Source: Octopus vulgaris (taxonomy: Eukaryota). Taken from it: a DNA stretch of 64,000 bases. A program made the translations under genes and the position numbers. The stretch lies in assembly GCA_951406725.2 (NCBI GenBank), contig OX597829.1, forward strand, positions 1,364,001 through 1,428,000, in the 5' to 3' direction. The notes beneath the pieces were generated by a model that saw only the letters and a program-made list of their open reading frames with translations, ran no database searches and was not told where the DNA came from. Shown piece by piece: positions 37,894 through 51,098 of the stretch (positions within the stretch are counted from its first letter, which is position 1; the number at the start of each line of letters is the position of its first letter).

Positions 37894-38261
37894 TGGTTAC
37901 TGGTCATCTTCTGTCGGTTTGTCACCAAGTACAAATCACCGAAACTCGTTCAGTGGTACTCGTGTTGTACAAGAGTTTATCGCCACAATCCAATGACGTA
38001 CAGATGTTCCTTTATGACACCTTGTTTTTCATTTCAACTACTGAAAGTCCAACGGTGATGAAAGAATAGTAACGTGTGTGGACGAAACCTGTTGGAAGCA
38101 TACAGTTTACTTACAAATTTTGTTGTTTCAAACCTTTCACATATGCAATGTGGCTGAATAGTCAACTGAGAGGTCACGAATGGAAAGTCAGAACTATTAT
38201 GGACAACGAAAAAGCATAAGAAGGCAGCAATCATCTGTAAAAATAGAGCAACCATTTTATA

Positions 38262-38310
<49 letters not shown>

Positions 38311-38325
38311 TATTATTATTATTAT

Positions 38326-38757
38326 TGAGTGAGAGAGCAGTTCATGCCATCAAAGTGACACTGGGGTAAAATATACGAAGCCCAATATACCCATCATGAC
38401 TACCCGTCTGATAAAGGTACACCAGGCACATGCATCACAACCATATGTGCGCAACATGGTGATCTCATATCAAGATAAACAGCACATGACCTTGCAGGTG
38501 GGGCCCAGTTAGAATTTTCTTCAGGTTGAGTAGCCCATCCCGCTCAAACGGTCCCTGAATAAGGGTTGCTTAAGGATGTTGAAAGAACCACCCATGTTTC
38601 CAGAGGTGAACTATTCAAACCCCAAAGAATCCCTCTCGACACATGGCTATGATGCTCCCCCACTACTTCTGCTCGTGATCAGAGATGCACATATCGTCAG
38701 CCACTAAGGGACATGCTCAACTGGTTAAGGTCAAACAACTGAAAAGCAAATCTGTGG
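38326..38757 (-). mobile_element. Family D retroposon, 5'-truncated, (AAT)n on both sides
   Basis: Same 3' end as the other D copies; stops at aaatctgtgg. Confidence 0.85.
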
Positions 38758-38769
38758 TTATTATTATTA

Positions 38770-38804
<35 letters not shown>

Positions 38805-38817
38805 TAATGGTCAGAAA

Positions 38818-39321
38818 ACATGTATTAAAGCACTACTAATAGTCTCATACGTTGAGAGAACTCGAATATATTCTTCAGGCACAAACCACATATCATAACG
38901 AACTTGAAAATGGTAATAAATGGAAGAAACGAGACGAAGCTGAGAGTGCAGCATATAGAAAACGCAGACGGTGAACAACGGAAAACGAAAAACGGAAAAC
39001 GAAACTCAAGTGTCAAAAAGTGAAGACTGCTATTCTCTTTATGCCTTAAATGATAAGGCTGGAAAGATATCCGCACTGACCTGATAGCTTTGCAGCCTTA
39101 TCATTTAAGGCCTAAAGAAGATAGCACTTTTTACCTTTTGACACATTAGTTTCGTTTTCCGTTATTTACCGTTTGAGTTTTCTATTTGCTGCATTCTCGG
39201 CTTCATTGGGTTTCTTCCATTTATTGAATTTTTCGGTTCATTATGATATGTGGTTTGCGCCTGATTAAGGTGTTAGAGTTCTCTCAACGTATGAGACATT
39301 TAGTCGTGCTTTAATACATGT
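38818..39321. repeat. ~500-bp imperfect palindrome (foldback element)
   Basis: Arms 38818-39071 and 39083-39321 are reverse complements (acatgtattaaagcac / gtgctttaatacatgt; gccttaaatgataaggctg / cagccttatcatttaaggc); 11-nt loop. Confidence 0.9.
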
Positions 39322-39327
39322 ATTTAA

Positions 39328-39412
<85 letters not shown>

Positions 39413-39519
39413 ATATATATATATATATAGGGAAAGTTTACGAAGAAAACAAAAGACGAAGACAGGTGGTGTACAAAACAAACAGATGTATTAGTATAAC
39501 GCCCAGGAATAGAAAAAGT

Positions 39520-39555
39520 CTTTTATGTTTCGAGCCTACGCTCTTCTACTGAAAG
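39520..39555 (-). ncRNA. Non-canonical minimal hammerhead-like motif
   Basis: cttt-CAGTAGAA-gagc-gtag-gctc-GAAAC-ata-aaag; stems I and II intact, core deviates from CUGANGA. Confidence 0.4.
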
Positions 39556-39631
39556 GGACACAGACAACAATAAGGAGAGAAACAAGGAGAGAAAAAAGTG
39601 TGTGTAACGATCTATCATGGCGACTATCATA

Positions 39632-40616
39632 CATATATACATGCATACATACATACATACATACATACATACATACATACATACATACATACATACATGC
39701 ATACATACATGCATACATACACGCATACATACATACATACATACATACATACATACATACATACATACATACATACATACATACATGCATACATACACAC
39801 ATACATACATACATACATACATACATACATACATACATACATACATACACACATACATACATACATACATACATACATACATACATACATACATACATAC
39901 ATACGTACATACAAACATACACGCAGAAGATACCGGTTTGTGTCCCACATGCAGCCGACCCCGATCCTTTTCAAGATACTTTGTTAGCTAACCCAATATA
40001 TTACACGCCATTATTTATGGCCATATATTTATTATTCGAGAATCACCCTTAGAATGATTTACAACGTATTCCTCGAGATTTTACATGTATATGTCGAAAA
40101 CATACAAACAAACGTGCGCTTTCACACACACATACACACGTACGGATCCCACGCGCGCTTGTCCAAAGATTATCTACACAGTTTTATTGAAAAGTTATCT
40201 GTGAAATCGATTCCATAAGGATAAGACGCTTGACGAAAGTACCATCTTGTGATCGTATGCGGAACAGAATTTTGAAATTGCAGTCCGTACCACATTGGAA
40301 AAGAAAAGGACGGGAGATCGCAAGGTGTTTTACCTCATTGATTTTAGTATTCTTGTGTTTTATATTAGGAGAATTAATTAAAATTTTGAAGAAATTGTTT
40401 ATTTTTTAAAAAAGCTTTCAATGTTTTGGCAAAATCCAACCTCACGTATCCGATACACTTCAAGTGGGACTCCAGTGGAACCGATCATTAAATAAACAGA
40501 TAGGTAGACAAATTAGTAGGTAGGTAGGTAAGTACATAGGTAGGTAGGTAGGTAGGTAGGTAGGTAGGTAGGTAGGTAGGTATGTAGGTAGGTAGGTAGA
40601 TAGGTATGTAGGTAGG

Positions 40617-40666
<50 letters not shown>

Positions 40667-40692
40667 GATAGATAGATAGACAGACAGGTAGG

Positions 40693-40772
<80 letters not shown>

Positions 40773-40773
40773 G
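39632..40773. repeat. (CATA)n (39632-39920) and (TAGG)n/(TAGA)n (40500-40773) microsatellites
   Basis: Directly visible. Confidence 0.95.
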
Positions 40774-41081
40774 ATAATATTTTCTTTCTATCTCCTTGGC
40801 CTGCATGGTAACCAATAAGATACTCAGCCATGCGTTTTAGTGTCTGCCCTCTTTATCTTTATCTTCTATTTCTTCACTTCTTCTTTTTCTTCTCATTTCT
40901 TCAGACTACTCTTTCTTTCTTTCTTTAATTTTTTTTTCTTTTTTCTCGTCTGCTCCTTCTCGTTGACCATTTAATGAGGTCACTGCAATTCTTGAAAATT
41001 AGCGTTCATACACACATACACGCACACACAATCACACAAACACGTACACACAAACACACACACACACACAAGCGCACACTC

Positions 41082-41125
<44 letters not shown>

Positions 41126-41300
41126 ATATATACACACACTCATATATACACATATAATTACACACAACACACGCAAATACACTACTATCCGACCACACAC
41201 ATTCACCCCCTACTCATGAATGAACTTTATTCCCCTCCTTTATCTATGATACCTGGTTTAAACAACAACGATGATATGTCTTCCACTCTACAGCTCAATC

Positions 41301-41349
<49 letters not shown>

Positions 41350-41606
41350 TACATACATACATATATGCACAAATACACACATCATATGCACACAAGCACA
41401 CATAAACACATCAGTAAGTACAACAGCAACATCACTAACAATAATAATAAACAATAACTCTAAATAATAAAAGACTACAAGACCAACATCATCAACGTAT
41501 GAGAACAGTAACAGCAATATCAGCAGCAGCAGCAATAACAACAACAACAACAACAACAGCACCAACGACATTATTTCTTACCTCTCCAGTTTACAACACA
41601 AACACA

Positions 41607-41682
<76 letters not shown>

Positions 41683-41978
41683 TACCAACAGCAGCAGCAG
41701 CAGCAGCAGCAGCAGTAGCAATTCAGCAGAGCAAACAATCCGAAATCTCGAGAATATCTCAGTTAACTTCCATATTGTTCAGTCGACTTAAGAAGAAAAA
41801 TCATAAAAGTGTCAACTTTTAAAATAGAAAGTAAGGAGGGGGGGAGGGAGGGAATAAAAAAAGGAAAACAAAAACAAAACCAAAAAAACCCCTAAAAAAA
41901 TAAAGAAAAAGAGAAAAGGAAGTAAATACAAAGCATAATACACATTCAAACAAACAAAAAAGAAAGGCGCGCAATGAT

Positions 41979-42056
<78 letters not shown>

Positions 42057-42108
42057 AATGATAATAATAATAATAATGATAATAATAATAATAATAATGA
42101 TGATGATG

Positions 42109-42210
<102 letters not shown>

Positions 42211-42491
42211 GTAATAATAATGATGATGATGATGGTGATGATGATGATGATGGTAATAACAACAACAATAAGGACCCTTTTTATGACACCCGTCGAAACG
42301 TCATTGACACACTTATAGCAATGACCTCTTCTGCTGTGATTGACCTCAATTTCCAAGTGGATGCGATATGGAGACGGGTGTTGTATTTGTTGTTTATTTT
42401 GGACGGGTGGTAGTGTTGCTGCTTTTTTATCGTTGTTGTTGTTGCTGTCATTGTTGCTGTTTTTTTTTATTGGTGTTGTTGCTGCTACCTT

Positions 42492-43255
42492 GTGGTGGCA
42501 GAATCGTTAGCACACCGGGCGAAATACTTAGCAATATTTCGTCTGCCGCTACGCTCTGAGTTCAAATTCCGCCGAGGTCGACTTTGCCTTTCATCCTTTC
42601 GGGGTCGATTAAATAAGTACCAGTTACGCACTGGGGCCGATGTAATTGACTTAATCCGTTTCTTTGTCCTTGTTTGTCCTTTCTGTGTTTAGCCCCTTGT
42701 GGGTAGTAAAGAAATAGGTATTTCGTCTGTCGCTACGTTCTGAGTTCAAATTCCGCCGAGGTCGACTTTGCCTTTCATCCTTTCGGGGTCGATTAAATAA
42801 GTACCAGTTACGCACTGTGGTCGAGATAATCGAATTAATCCGTTTGAATGAACCTTGTTTACCCCCTCTGTGTTTGGCCCCTTGTGAGTAGTAATCAAAT
42901 AGGTATTTCGTCTGCCGTTACGTTTTAAGTTCAAATTCCGCCGAGGTCGACATTGCCTTTCATTCTTTCGGTGTCGATAAATTAAGTACCAGTGACGCAC
43001 TGGAGTCGATATAATCGACTTAATCCGTTTGTCTGTCTTTGTTTGTCCTCTCGGTGTTTGGCCCCTTGTGGGCAGTAAAGAAATAGGTATTTAGCCTATC
43101 TCTACATTCTGAGTTCAAATTCTGCTGAGGTTGATCCTGCACTTCATCCTTTCGAGATCGATAAAATATGTGCCAGCTGAGTACTGGAGGTCAATGTAAT
43201 TGACTTAACCTCCTCCTTCAAAATTTCTGGCCTTGTGCCAAACTTTGAAATCGTT
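42492..43255 (+). mobile_element. SINE family A: 3 young units followed by an older-subfamily body and tail
   Basis: tattt unit starts at 42535, 42719, 42904 and 43088; the last unit ends in the old tail aaatttctggccttgtgcc. Confidence 0.9.
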
Positions 43256-43765
43256 ATTGCTGCTGCCGCTGCTACTGCTGCTGCTACTGCTATTGTTGAT
43301 TTTATGTTTACTGTTTCTGTTCTTGATGTTGTTGTTATTGTTTTTTCTTATCTTTCTTCCGGTTGCTATTTGTTTAGATGGGAGTGGTGATAGAGGTGGC
43401 GACGGTGTTGGTTTTCTTTTGCTTTTTTTTTTGTGCTGAATTTTTATATTTACCCTGATCTCAAGTAACTTGGCATCACCCGCAAAAATGTTCAAACCCA
43501 GGATGGTTAGAGCCAACATTGCTTCCCGATGTTCACCTGTTTTAGAAGAACTAATACCAAAGCTATCATTTTTACGGATATTTTTATGTTATTCTTTTAA
43601 TTTCTAAGAACTTTATTTTTCGTAATGAGTGAAAACCAAAATAGGGAGACAGGATTATATTTTAGGTCCTACACTTAGGCTTGGGAACACAGAGCAAAAA
43701 GAAATTTAGGGAGTACAAGCGTACCCCTAAAATTTATCTATTTTGCTGTGAGAATAAAGAAACGG

Positions 43766-44051
43766 AGAGCTGGTTCGGAAGTTCCAGGATTTTGAGGAGT
43801 ATGGACACACTTCTTCGCCACTAATCTTTTCAGGTTTATCTTTACCTGGAGTAGTTGCACTGTTACGGCCTCAACTTTGAGTCACCTAGCCATATGTGAT
43901 GACAATCCATCTGAAAGTTGGGACGCAGAAATACCTTTGCTTGATGTCAGGGCGCGCAATAAAACCACAGGGAATGGGAGGCTCCTAGCTGTTGTTGCAA
44001 GATTCTTCTGAGAAGGGGGACTCTCTGATGTAAAACCTTTGCTTTCACGTG
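43766..44051. repeat. Dispersed repeat, copy 2, flanked by ~60-bp diverged direct repeats
   Basis: 43703-43761 resembles 44054-44113 (aatttaggg.gt.caag.gta.cc.taaa.tt.atctattttgctgtg..aa.aaagaa). Confidence 0.8.
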
Positions 44052-44410
44052 AGAATTTTAGGGTGTGCAAGTGTATCCATAAATTTAATCTATTTTGCTG
44101 TGGAAACAAAGAAGCTTGCTTTCAAATCACATGGTCCTGGATTCAGTCTGGGTTAAGTACCAAGCTATAAAAATTAATTTCTGGTGTTGATTCATTCGAG
44201 TAAAATTTTTTCAAGGCAATCCTACAGCATGGGCGCAATGTAATGATTGAAATGAGTAAAAGACAAAAAAAAACAAAAACAAAAGACAAAAGACGCTCCT
44301 GAAAAACTGGGTTTGCACACCATATGCAAATTTATTGTCCTACTTACATACTGTGAGTTAAGAAACTCATGAAAAGAAACTCATTATCTTAGATATGCAA
44401 TGCTCTACAG

Positions 44411-44489
44411 CAGTGATTTCCCGGCAGGGGTCCGAGGATCCCTGGTGGTTCGTAAAGGTAATACTAGGGGTCCGTGAACTAAATTCAAA

Positions 44490-44525
<36 letters not shown>

Positions 44526-45049
44526 CTTGATCACCTTGACCGACCAGTCCGTCGAGCATCCATTTGACACCGCTGGTCACAGCACGCTGTCCACTCCTCT
44601 CTGGATTGCGCCTTTCTCATCCATGTGATCCCAATCATCCTCCTGAAATCGTAACTCCACCGTCGTGGAGGCCTTCCGGGTAGTCGTATCCGCTCGCGCG
44701 GGTACCACTCGACAACTGCGCGGGTCCACCGATTATCGGTGAGCCGGGCGACGTGTCCAGCCCATCTATACTTGCTGCGTGTATACTCTGCGATGACATC
44801 CCTCACGCCAGACTTCTTTCTGTTCTCGCTACTGATGTGCTCTCTCAACGAGATACCAAGCATTGACCTTCCCATGGCTCTTTGAGCCGTTACCAGTCTT
44901 TGCTCTTCTCTCTTTGTTGTAGCCCATGTTTCACTACCATATAACATTGCAGGCAGAACTGCACTGTTAATGAGGTTGGCGCGGGTGGTCCTGTCTAACC
45001 TTCCCTTGTATATATATATATATACATATATATATATACACACACACAC

Positions 45050-45080
<31 letters not shown>

Positions 45081-45163
45081 TAAGGATAAGCATATTAAAG
45101 GGTCCGTGGGCAAACTAATTTGCATAATGGAGTCTTTGGTAGTGAAAAGGTAGGGAACCACTA
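44411..45163. mobile_element. hAT MITE with 8-bp TSD, carrying a nested RTE insertion
   Basis: Ends cagtgatttccc / gggaaccacta; TSD ctctacag (44403-44410) / ctcaacag (45164-45171). Confidence 0.75.
44522..45008 (-). mobile_element. RTE-clade LINE 3' end, 5'-truncated, inserted in (TA)n
   Basis: Open frame VLPAMLYGSETW..AMGRSMLGISLRE..YRWAGHVARLTDNRWT..WYPR..GRPPRRW; (tcaaggtga) tail repeat. Confidence 0.9.
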
Positions 45164-45485
45164 CTCAACAGTAAAAGGGAGTGTTGAGGATAGCGTAGAC
45201 CCTTCAGATATGATTTTTCCCCCACCACCATATTCTTGATAATTCACAATCGATATAGCAATGCTTTCTCTCACTCACTCACACCCTTCCTCTTTCTTTC
45301 TCTCTCTCTCTCTCTATCTATCTATCTTTATGTCTCTCTCTCTCCATATATGTGTGTGTAGGTGGATAGATAGACAGATAGACAGACTGATGGATCAATA
45401 GATAGATAGATAGAATGATAGATATATATATATTGATAGATAGATAGATAGATAAATAGATAAATAGATAGATAGATGGATAGAG

Positions 45486-45540
<55 letters not shown>

Positions 45541-45568
45541 AAGATAGATAGATAGAGAGAGAGATAGA

Positions 45569-45676
<108 letters not shown>

Positions 45677-45788
45677 AATATCCATCTGTGTATTACATAA
45701 AATATGTATAAAGGAACGCTGCTGTAGACTTAGTCCGAGAGAAAAACTCTTCATAAACATGTCGTGTTAAAAACACTATATATATATA

Positions 45789-45985
45789 TTCCTTTACTTG
45801 TCTCAGTCATTTGACGGCGGCCATGCTGGGGCAGCGCCTTTAGTCGAGGAAATCAGCACCAGAACTTATTCTATCGGTCTCTTTTGCTGAACCGCTAAGT
45901 TACGGAGACGTAAACACACCAGCATACGTTGTCATGCGTTGTTGGGGTACATACACGGACACACAAACATACACACACACTCTCA

Positions 45986-46058
<73 letters not shown>

Positions 46059-46102
46059 ACGCATTCACACACACACACATACACACAAACACACACACAC
46101 AA

Positions 46103-46133
<31 letters not shown>

Positions 46134-46282
46134 CACGCACACAAACATATATATATATATATGCAACGGGCTTTTTCAGTTTCCGTCTACCAAATCCACT
46201 CCCATGAGTTTAACGGGCCCGAGGCTATAGTAAAAGACATTTGCCCAATGTGCCACGCAGTGGGACTGAACCCGGAACCAAG
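45789..46282 (-). mobile_element. SINE family B with expanded internal (CA)n
   Basis: Homology to 20894-21357. Confidence 0.85.
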
Positions 46283-46433
46283 TGATTGGTCAGCAAGCTA
46301 CTTTATATATATATATATCACTACTTTAACTGTAAAAGAAAGTTAATATATATATATGCACACATACACACACACATATATATTTATATATGAATATAAA
46401 ACATCCCCAAAACAAACAATATCGAAGCATTGA

Positions 46434-46472
46434 CTTAAACGCATTTCGCCCTTCATGAGCTTGTCAATAATG
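46434..46472 (-). ncRNA. Strongly degenerate hammerhead-like motif
   Basis: tta-TTGACAA-gctc-atgaa-gggc-GAAA-tgcg-TT-taa; three transitions away from CTGATGA. Confidence 0.3.
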
Positions 46473-46714
46473 TATACCCATTTGTCACTCTCTTGAATGA
46501 AACCGCAGCAACGTAGCTTTCTAATAGATTTACTATGAGACGCAGATGGCTATTTTAAACGGGTTTAAAAGATTTTTCAAAAAAATTTATAAAAACGCAA
46601 TCGTTTTAGAAGTGAAGATAATGTAAACGTCACGTCTAGTCGACGTGACAAGTGTGATTGCCTCTGTTGGTTTACTTAATATATTTTGTATAATTATTAA
46701 CATTACTAATTGTC

Positions 46715-47410
46715 AGAACCGTCAGCACGCAGTATTGCATGCTGGGCACCATTTCGTCTGGTTCTTTACGTTCTGAGTTCAGATTTTGCTGCCGTCAATT
46801 TTGTTTTCAAACTTTCGGAGTCGACAAAATAATTTCCATTTTAGCACTGAAGTCGATCTAAACGACTTTTTCCGTCAAAATTATTGGCCTTCTGAGTTCA
46901 AATTCCGCCAACGTTGACTTTGCTTTTCATCCTCTCGGAGTCGATAAAATAAGGACCAGTTGATTGCTGGGGTCAATGTAATCGACTAGCCCCCTCTGCA
47001 CTAAAAAAAAAAAAAATATTCAGGCTTTGTACCTATTGTAGAAAGAATTATTTAAGGCAGAGAAATGGTAGTATCGTAAGGCGGCGAGCTGGCAAAAACG
47101 TTAGCACGCCGGGCGAAATACTTAGCAGTATTTCGTCTGCCGTTACGTTCTGAGTTCAAATCCCGCCGAGGTCGACTTTCGGAGTCGATAAATTTAGTAC
47201 CAGTCACGCACTGGGGTCGATATAATTGACTTAATCCCTTTCTTTGTCCCCTCTATGTTTGGCCCCTTGTAGGTAATAAAGAAATATGAATCGTTAGCGA
47301 CATTTCGGCATTTTCGGCCATCTTCACGATTTTGCCTTCAATTCGGCTTCAATGCAATCTACTTACCCCTTCCCCGAAATTACTGACCTTGTGCTAAAAT
47401 TTGAAACCAT
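46715..47410 (+). mobile_element. Cluster of family A SINEs; young copy (47079-47286) nested in the head of an older copy
   Basis: Old head ggcagagaaatggtagtatcgt, then the young SINE, then gaatcgttagc...old tail gaccttgtgctaaaatttgaaacc. Confidence 0.8.
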
Positions 47411-47434
47411 TATTATCATTATTGTTATTATTAT

Positions 47435-47990
47435 TGAGTGAGAGAGCAGTTCATGCCATCAAAGTGACACTGGGGTAAAATATACGAAGCCCAATATACC
47501 CATCATGACTACCCGTCTGATAAAGGTACACCAGGCACATGCATCACAACCATATGTGCGCGACATGGTGATCTCATATCAAGATAAACAGCACATGACC
47601 TTGCAGGTGGGGCCCAGTTAGAATTTTCTTCAGGTTGAGTAGCCCATCCCGCTCAAACGGTCCCTGAATAACGGTTGTTTAAGGATGTTGAAAGAACCAC
47701 CCATGTTTCCAGAGGTGAATTATTCAAACCCCAAAGAATCCCTCTCAGCACATGGCTATGATGCGCCCCCACTACTTCTGCTCGTGATCAGAGGTGCACA
47801 TATCGTCAGCCACTCAGGGACATGGTCAACTGGTTAAGGTCAAACAACTGACAAGCAAATCTGTGGTATTGAGCAGAATATTTGCTGTAGCCCATCTTTT
47901 ATACCAAGACAAAACAATGTACATGATAACACTTCCAATCAGTTAAGATCAGAAGCCATGAGAGCCACTGCCTGGTACTGCATCAGGGCA
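47435..47990 (-). mobile_element. Family D retroposon, full length, in (AAT)n
   Basis: Same two ends as 24413-24969. Confidence 0.9.
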
Positions 47991-47991
47991 T

Positions 47992-48028
<37 letters not shown>

Positions 48029-48069
48029 AGTATTTTTAACTGTTTTCCTTATCATTACCTCCTACTCTT

Positions 48070-48374
48070 TTACTAATGTTACTAATTTTTGTTTTTCCTC
48101 TCCTTATGGTCCCCTTACTTCCTTTTTCTTTTCTCTTTTTACTTTCTTTCTTTGACTCTTCTCTCTTCTTTCTTCTCTTTTCTTTCTTTCTTCCTATCTT
48201 TTTTTTTCTTCTTCTTCTTCTTCCTCCTCCTCCTCCTCCTCCTCCGCATTCCTTATTCCTTCTCGTTCTTGGTTCTGCTCTCCCCCCTTCATTCTCTTTC
48301 TCATTCCCTTTTTTCTTCATTCTCTTTTCTCTTTTTCTGTCTTTCTTAGAGTCTTCTCTCTTCTTTTGTTTCGT

Positions 48375-48407
<33 letters not shown>

Positions 48408-48625
48408 TTCTTCTTCCCCTCCTCCGCTTCCTCGGTCTCGCTCTCCTTTCTTTCTCCCATCTTTCTGCCCTCTTCTTTTCTTCTTCGTCTTCTTCTTCTT
48501 CTTCTTCTTCTTCTTCTTCTTCTTCTTCTTCTTCTTCTTCTTCTTCTTCTTCTTCTTCTTCTTCTTCTTCTTCTTCTTCTTCTCCTTCTCCTTCTCCTTC
48601 TTCTTCTTCTTCTTCTTCTTCTTCT
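48070..48625. repeat. Polypyrimidine/(TTC)n low-complexity tract
   Basis: Directly visible. Confidence 0.9.
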
Positions 48626-48907
48626 GTTGTTGCTCTTTTATCAAGTAGTTTAAAGCCGGACACAATGAAACCGGGGAAATCAATTAATTTATTTAAATTT
48701 TCACCCGTTTTTCTCTCTTGCCCTTTTATTTTCTCATTTACACGTACACACTCATACACATACACATACTCACTTCCTTCTTTCTCTTCTATGCACACAC
48801 ACACACAATACTCACACACACACAATACTCACACACACACACAATGCAAACACAAAAATAAATATATATCTATTCATAAATCATAAGATCTTTATATAGT
48901 TCAAATA

Positions 48908-48946
<39 letters not shown>

Positions 48947-49221
48947 CTCTCTCTCTCTCTCTTTCACATATACTCATACATTTTTCTGTCCCTGCCTCAT
49001 ACACATACACATACATATACTTATATATATATATATACATTTGTCACTGTCCCACATACATACATACACATTTTACTTTCTTTCTCTCTGTCTCTGTCTG
49101 TCTGTCTGTCTGTCTCTCTCTGTCACCGTTTTTCTATCTGTTATATATACACACACATCTGATTCTCCCTCTTTCTTTCTCTGTCTTTTTCTGTCTCTCA
49201 TATATACATACAGATCTAACT

Positions 49222-49258
<37 letters not shown>

Positions 49259-50129
49259 TTCTGTCTCTATTTTTCTATGTCTCATATATACATATGCATC
49301 TTATTCTCTCTCTCTCTTTCTCTCTTTCGCACACACGCGCGCATATGCACACATGCACCCCCACCCCCCATACACAAGCAATCACCGTGAAACCACTTGA
49401 ACCCGTCATTGTCAGCTCGCACGTTGCGCATGCGCGCGAGTACGCACACCACGCAGAAATATACTCATAAGAATATAATGTAACTCGTTCACCTCATACG
49501 TATTGTCATACACACACACACACACGCATACAGAGAAACACACATATATTTTCGAATCTACATACATATACTCATATATTCATTTACATGAATATATGAA
49601 TACACGCGAGCAGACAGGGTGGACTATATATGTCCCCTCTATGTTTAGCCCCTTGTGAGTAGTAAAGAAATATATAGTGAAACAGAGAGTAACAAAGAGA
49701 AAGAGGAGAAGCTGAAACCCTTATCATAACCAAATAATGCCAGACTAATTCACCTGCTTCGTCTCTTGTACCCGCTAAACTAATACATTTATATAAAGGA
49801 AAAAGGCCCCTTATCTCAAAAGAGATGCGGGAGTCGCTTAATTCGAAAGAAGAGGTGAGAGACGGTGAAGTACCATTTCTAAACGTTGTCAACGGAGGTT
49901 AGCATGTAGGTGGTCTACGAACCTACTAAAAATGACAGTTAGACGTCACTAAAATCTTAAAATTGTCCCTGAGAGTGATATTTCAGTATTTTAAAAGAAT
50001 CCATGGTGCGTTTGATGACGGAGTAATAGAGAATCTGTATCTGAATACTAAACTGATACTTCACAACTTAAGCGATTTTTGATCGTGTGTTTGTTGGGAA
50101 TTAAAAAAACAACAACAACAAAAACAATA

Positions 50130-51088
50130 TCTAAAATTACAGCAACAACAAGGAAGAATGTATTATACATTATATCAGGATAGAAATGATATATCTGTGA
50201 TCATGATCCTACAGAATCAGCAAAGACCTGGACTTATAAGTCAACTTTAGCTACTAAGACTAACAACTATACTATACATTACGAGAAGGCGGCGAGCTGG
50301 CAGAAACGTATTGCACGCCAGGCGAAATGCGTAGCCGTATTTCGTCTGCCGTTACGTTCTGAGTTCAAATTCCACTGAGGTCGACTTTGCCTTTCATCAT
50401 TTCGGGGTCGGTAAATAAGGTACCAGTTACACACTGGGGTCGATGTAATCGACTTAATCCCTTTGTCTGTCCTTGTTTGTCCCCTTGTGGGTAATAAAGA
50501 AATATATACATTAGATAATGTAGTCCTAGATACTTTATGATCGAATGAAAAGGAAGGTGGTCATGGCTGGAACATCTATGGTTATAGGTCCGTGACAAAA
50601 GGACTGGTTTGGAATTAAAAAAAGACAACTGTAGCCAGTGATACTAGCTACTATACTATACATTTGATAATTTGATAATGTAGTCTTATATACACTTATG
50701 TCCGAATAAAAGCCAGGATGGTCACGGCTGGAACATATTTGTTCCAGCTGTCTTAATCATGACTGACGTGGAGCAAAACGACTACAACTATGTGCAGTGA
50801 TACTAATTACTATACTATGCTTTTAATAATGCAGTCCCAGATACACTATGGTCGAATGAAATTTGGAACGGTCACTATTGGAATATTTTTGATCATAGGT
50901 CTGTGTTAATTAAGATTGATGAGGTGCTAAGAACGACTACAACTATGTGCAGTGATACTAATTACTATACTATGCTTTTAATAATGCAGTCCTAGATACA
51001 CTATGGTCGAATGAAATTTGGAACGGTCACTATTGGAATATTTTTGATCATAGGTCTGTGTTAATTAAGATTGATGAGGTGCTAAGAA
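50130..51088 (+). repeat. Tandem array of ~150-bp retroposon-tail-like units; last two units nearly identical (155 bp)
   Basis: aacgactacaactatg at 50777 and 50932; older units share ataatgtagtc.ta.ata..tatg..cgaat..ggtca.ggctggaaca. Confidence 0.8.
50287..50503 (+). mobile_element. SINE family A, young monomer, inserted in the array
   Basis: Flanking tatacatta direct repeat. Confidence 0.9.
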
Positions 51089-51098
51089 ATAAACGCAG

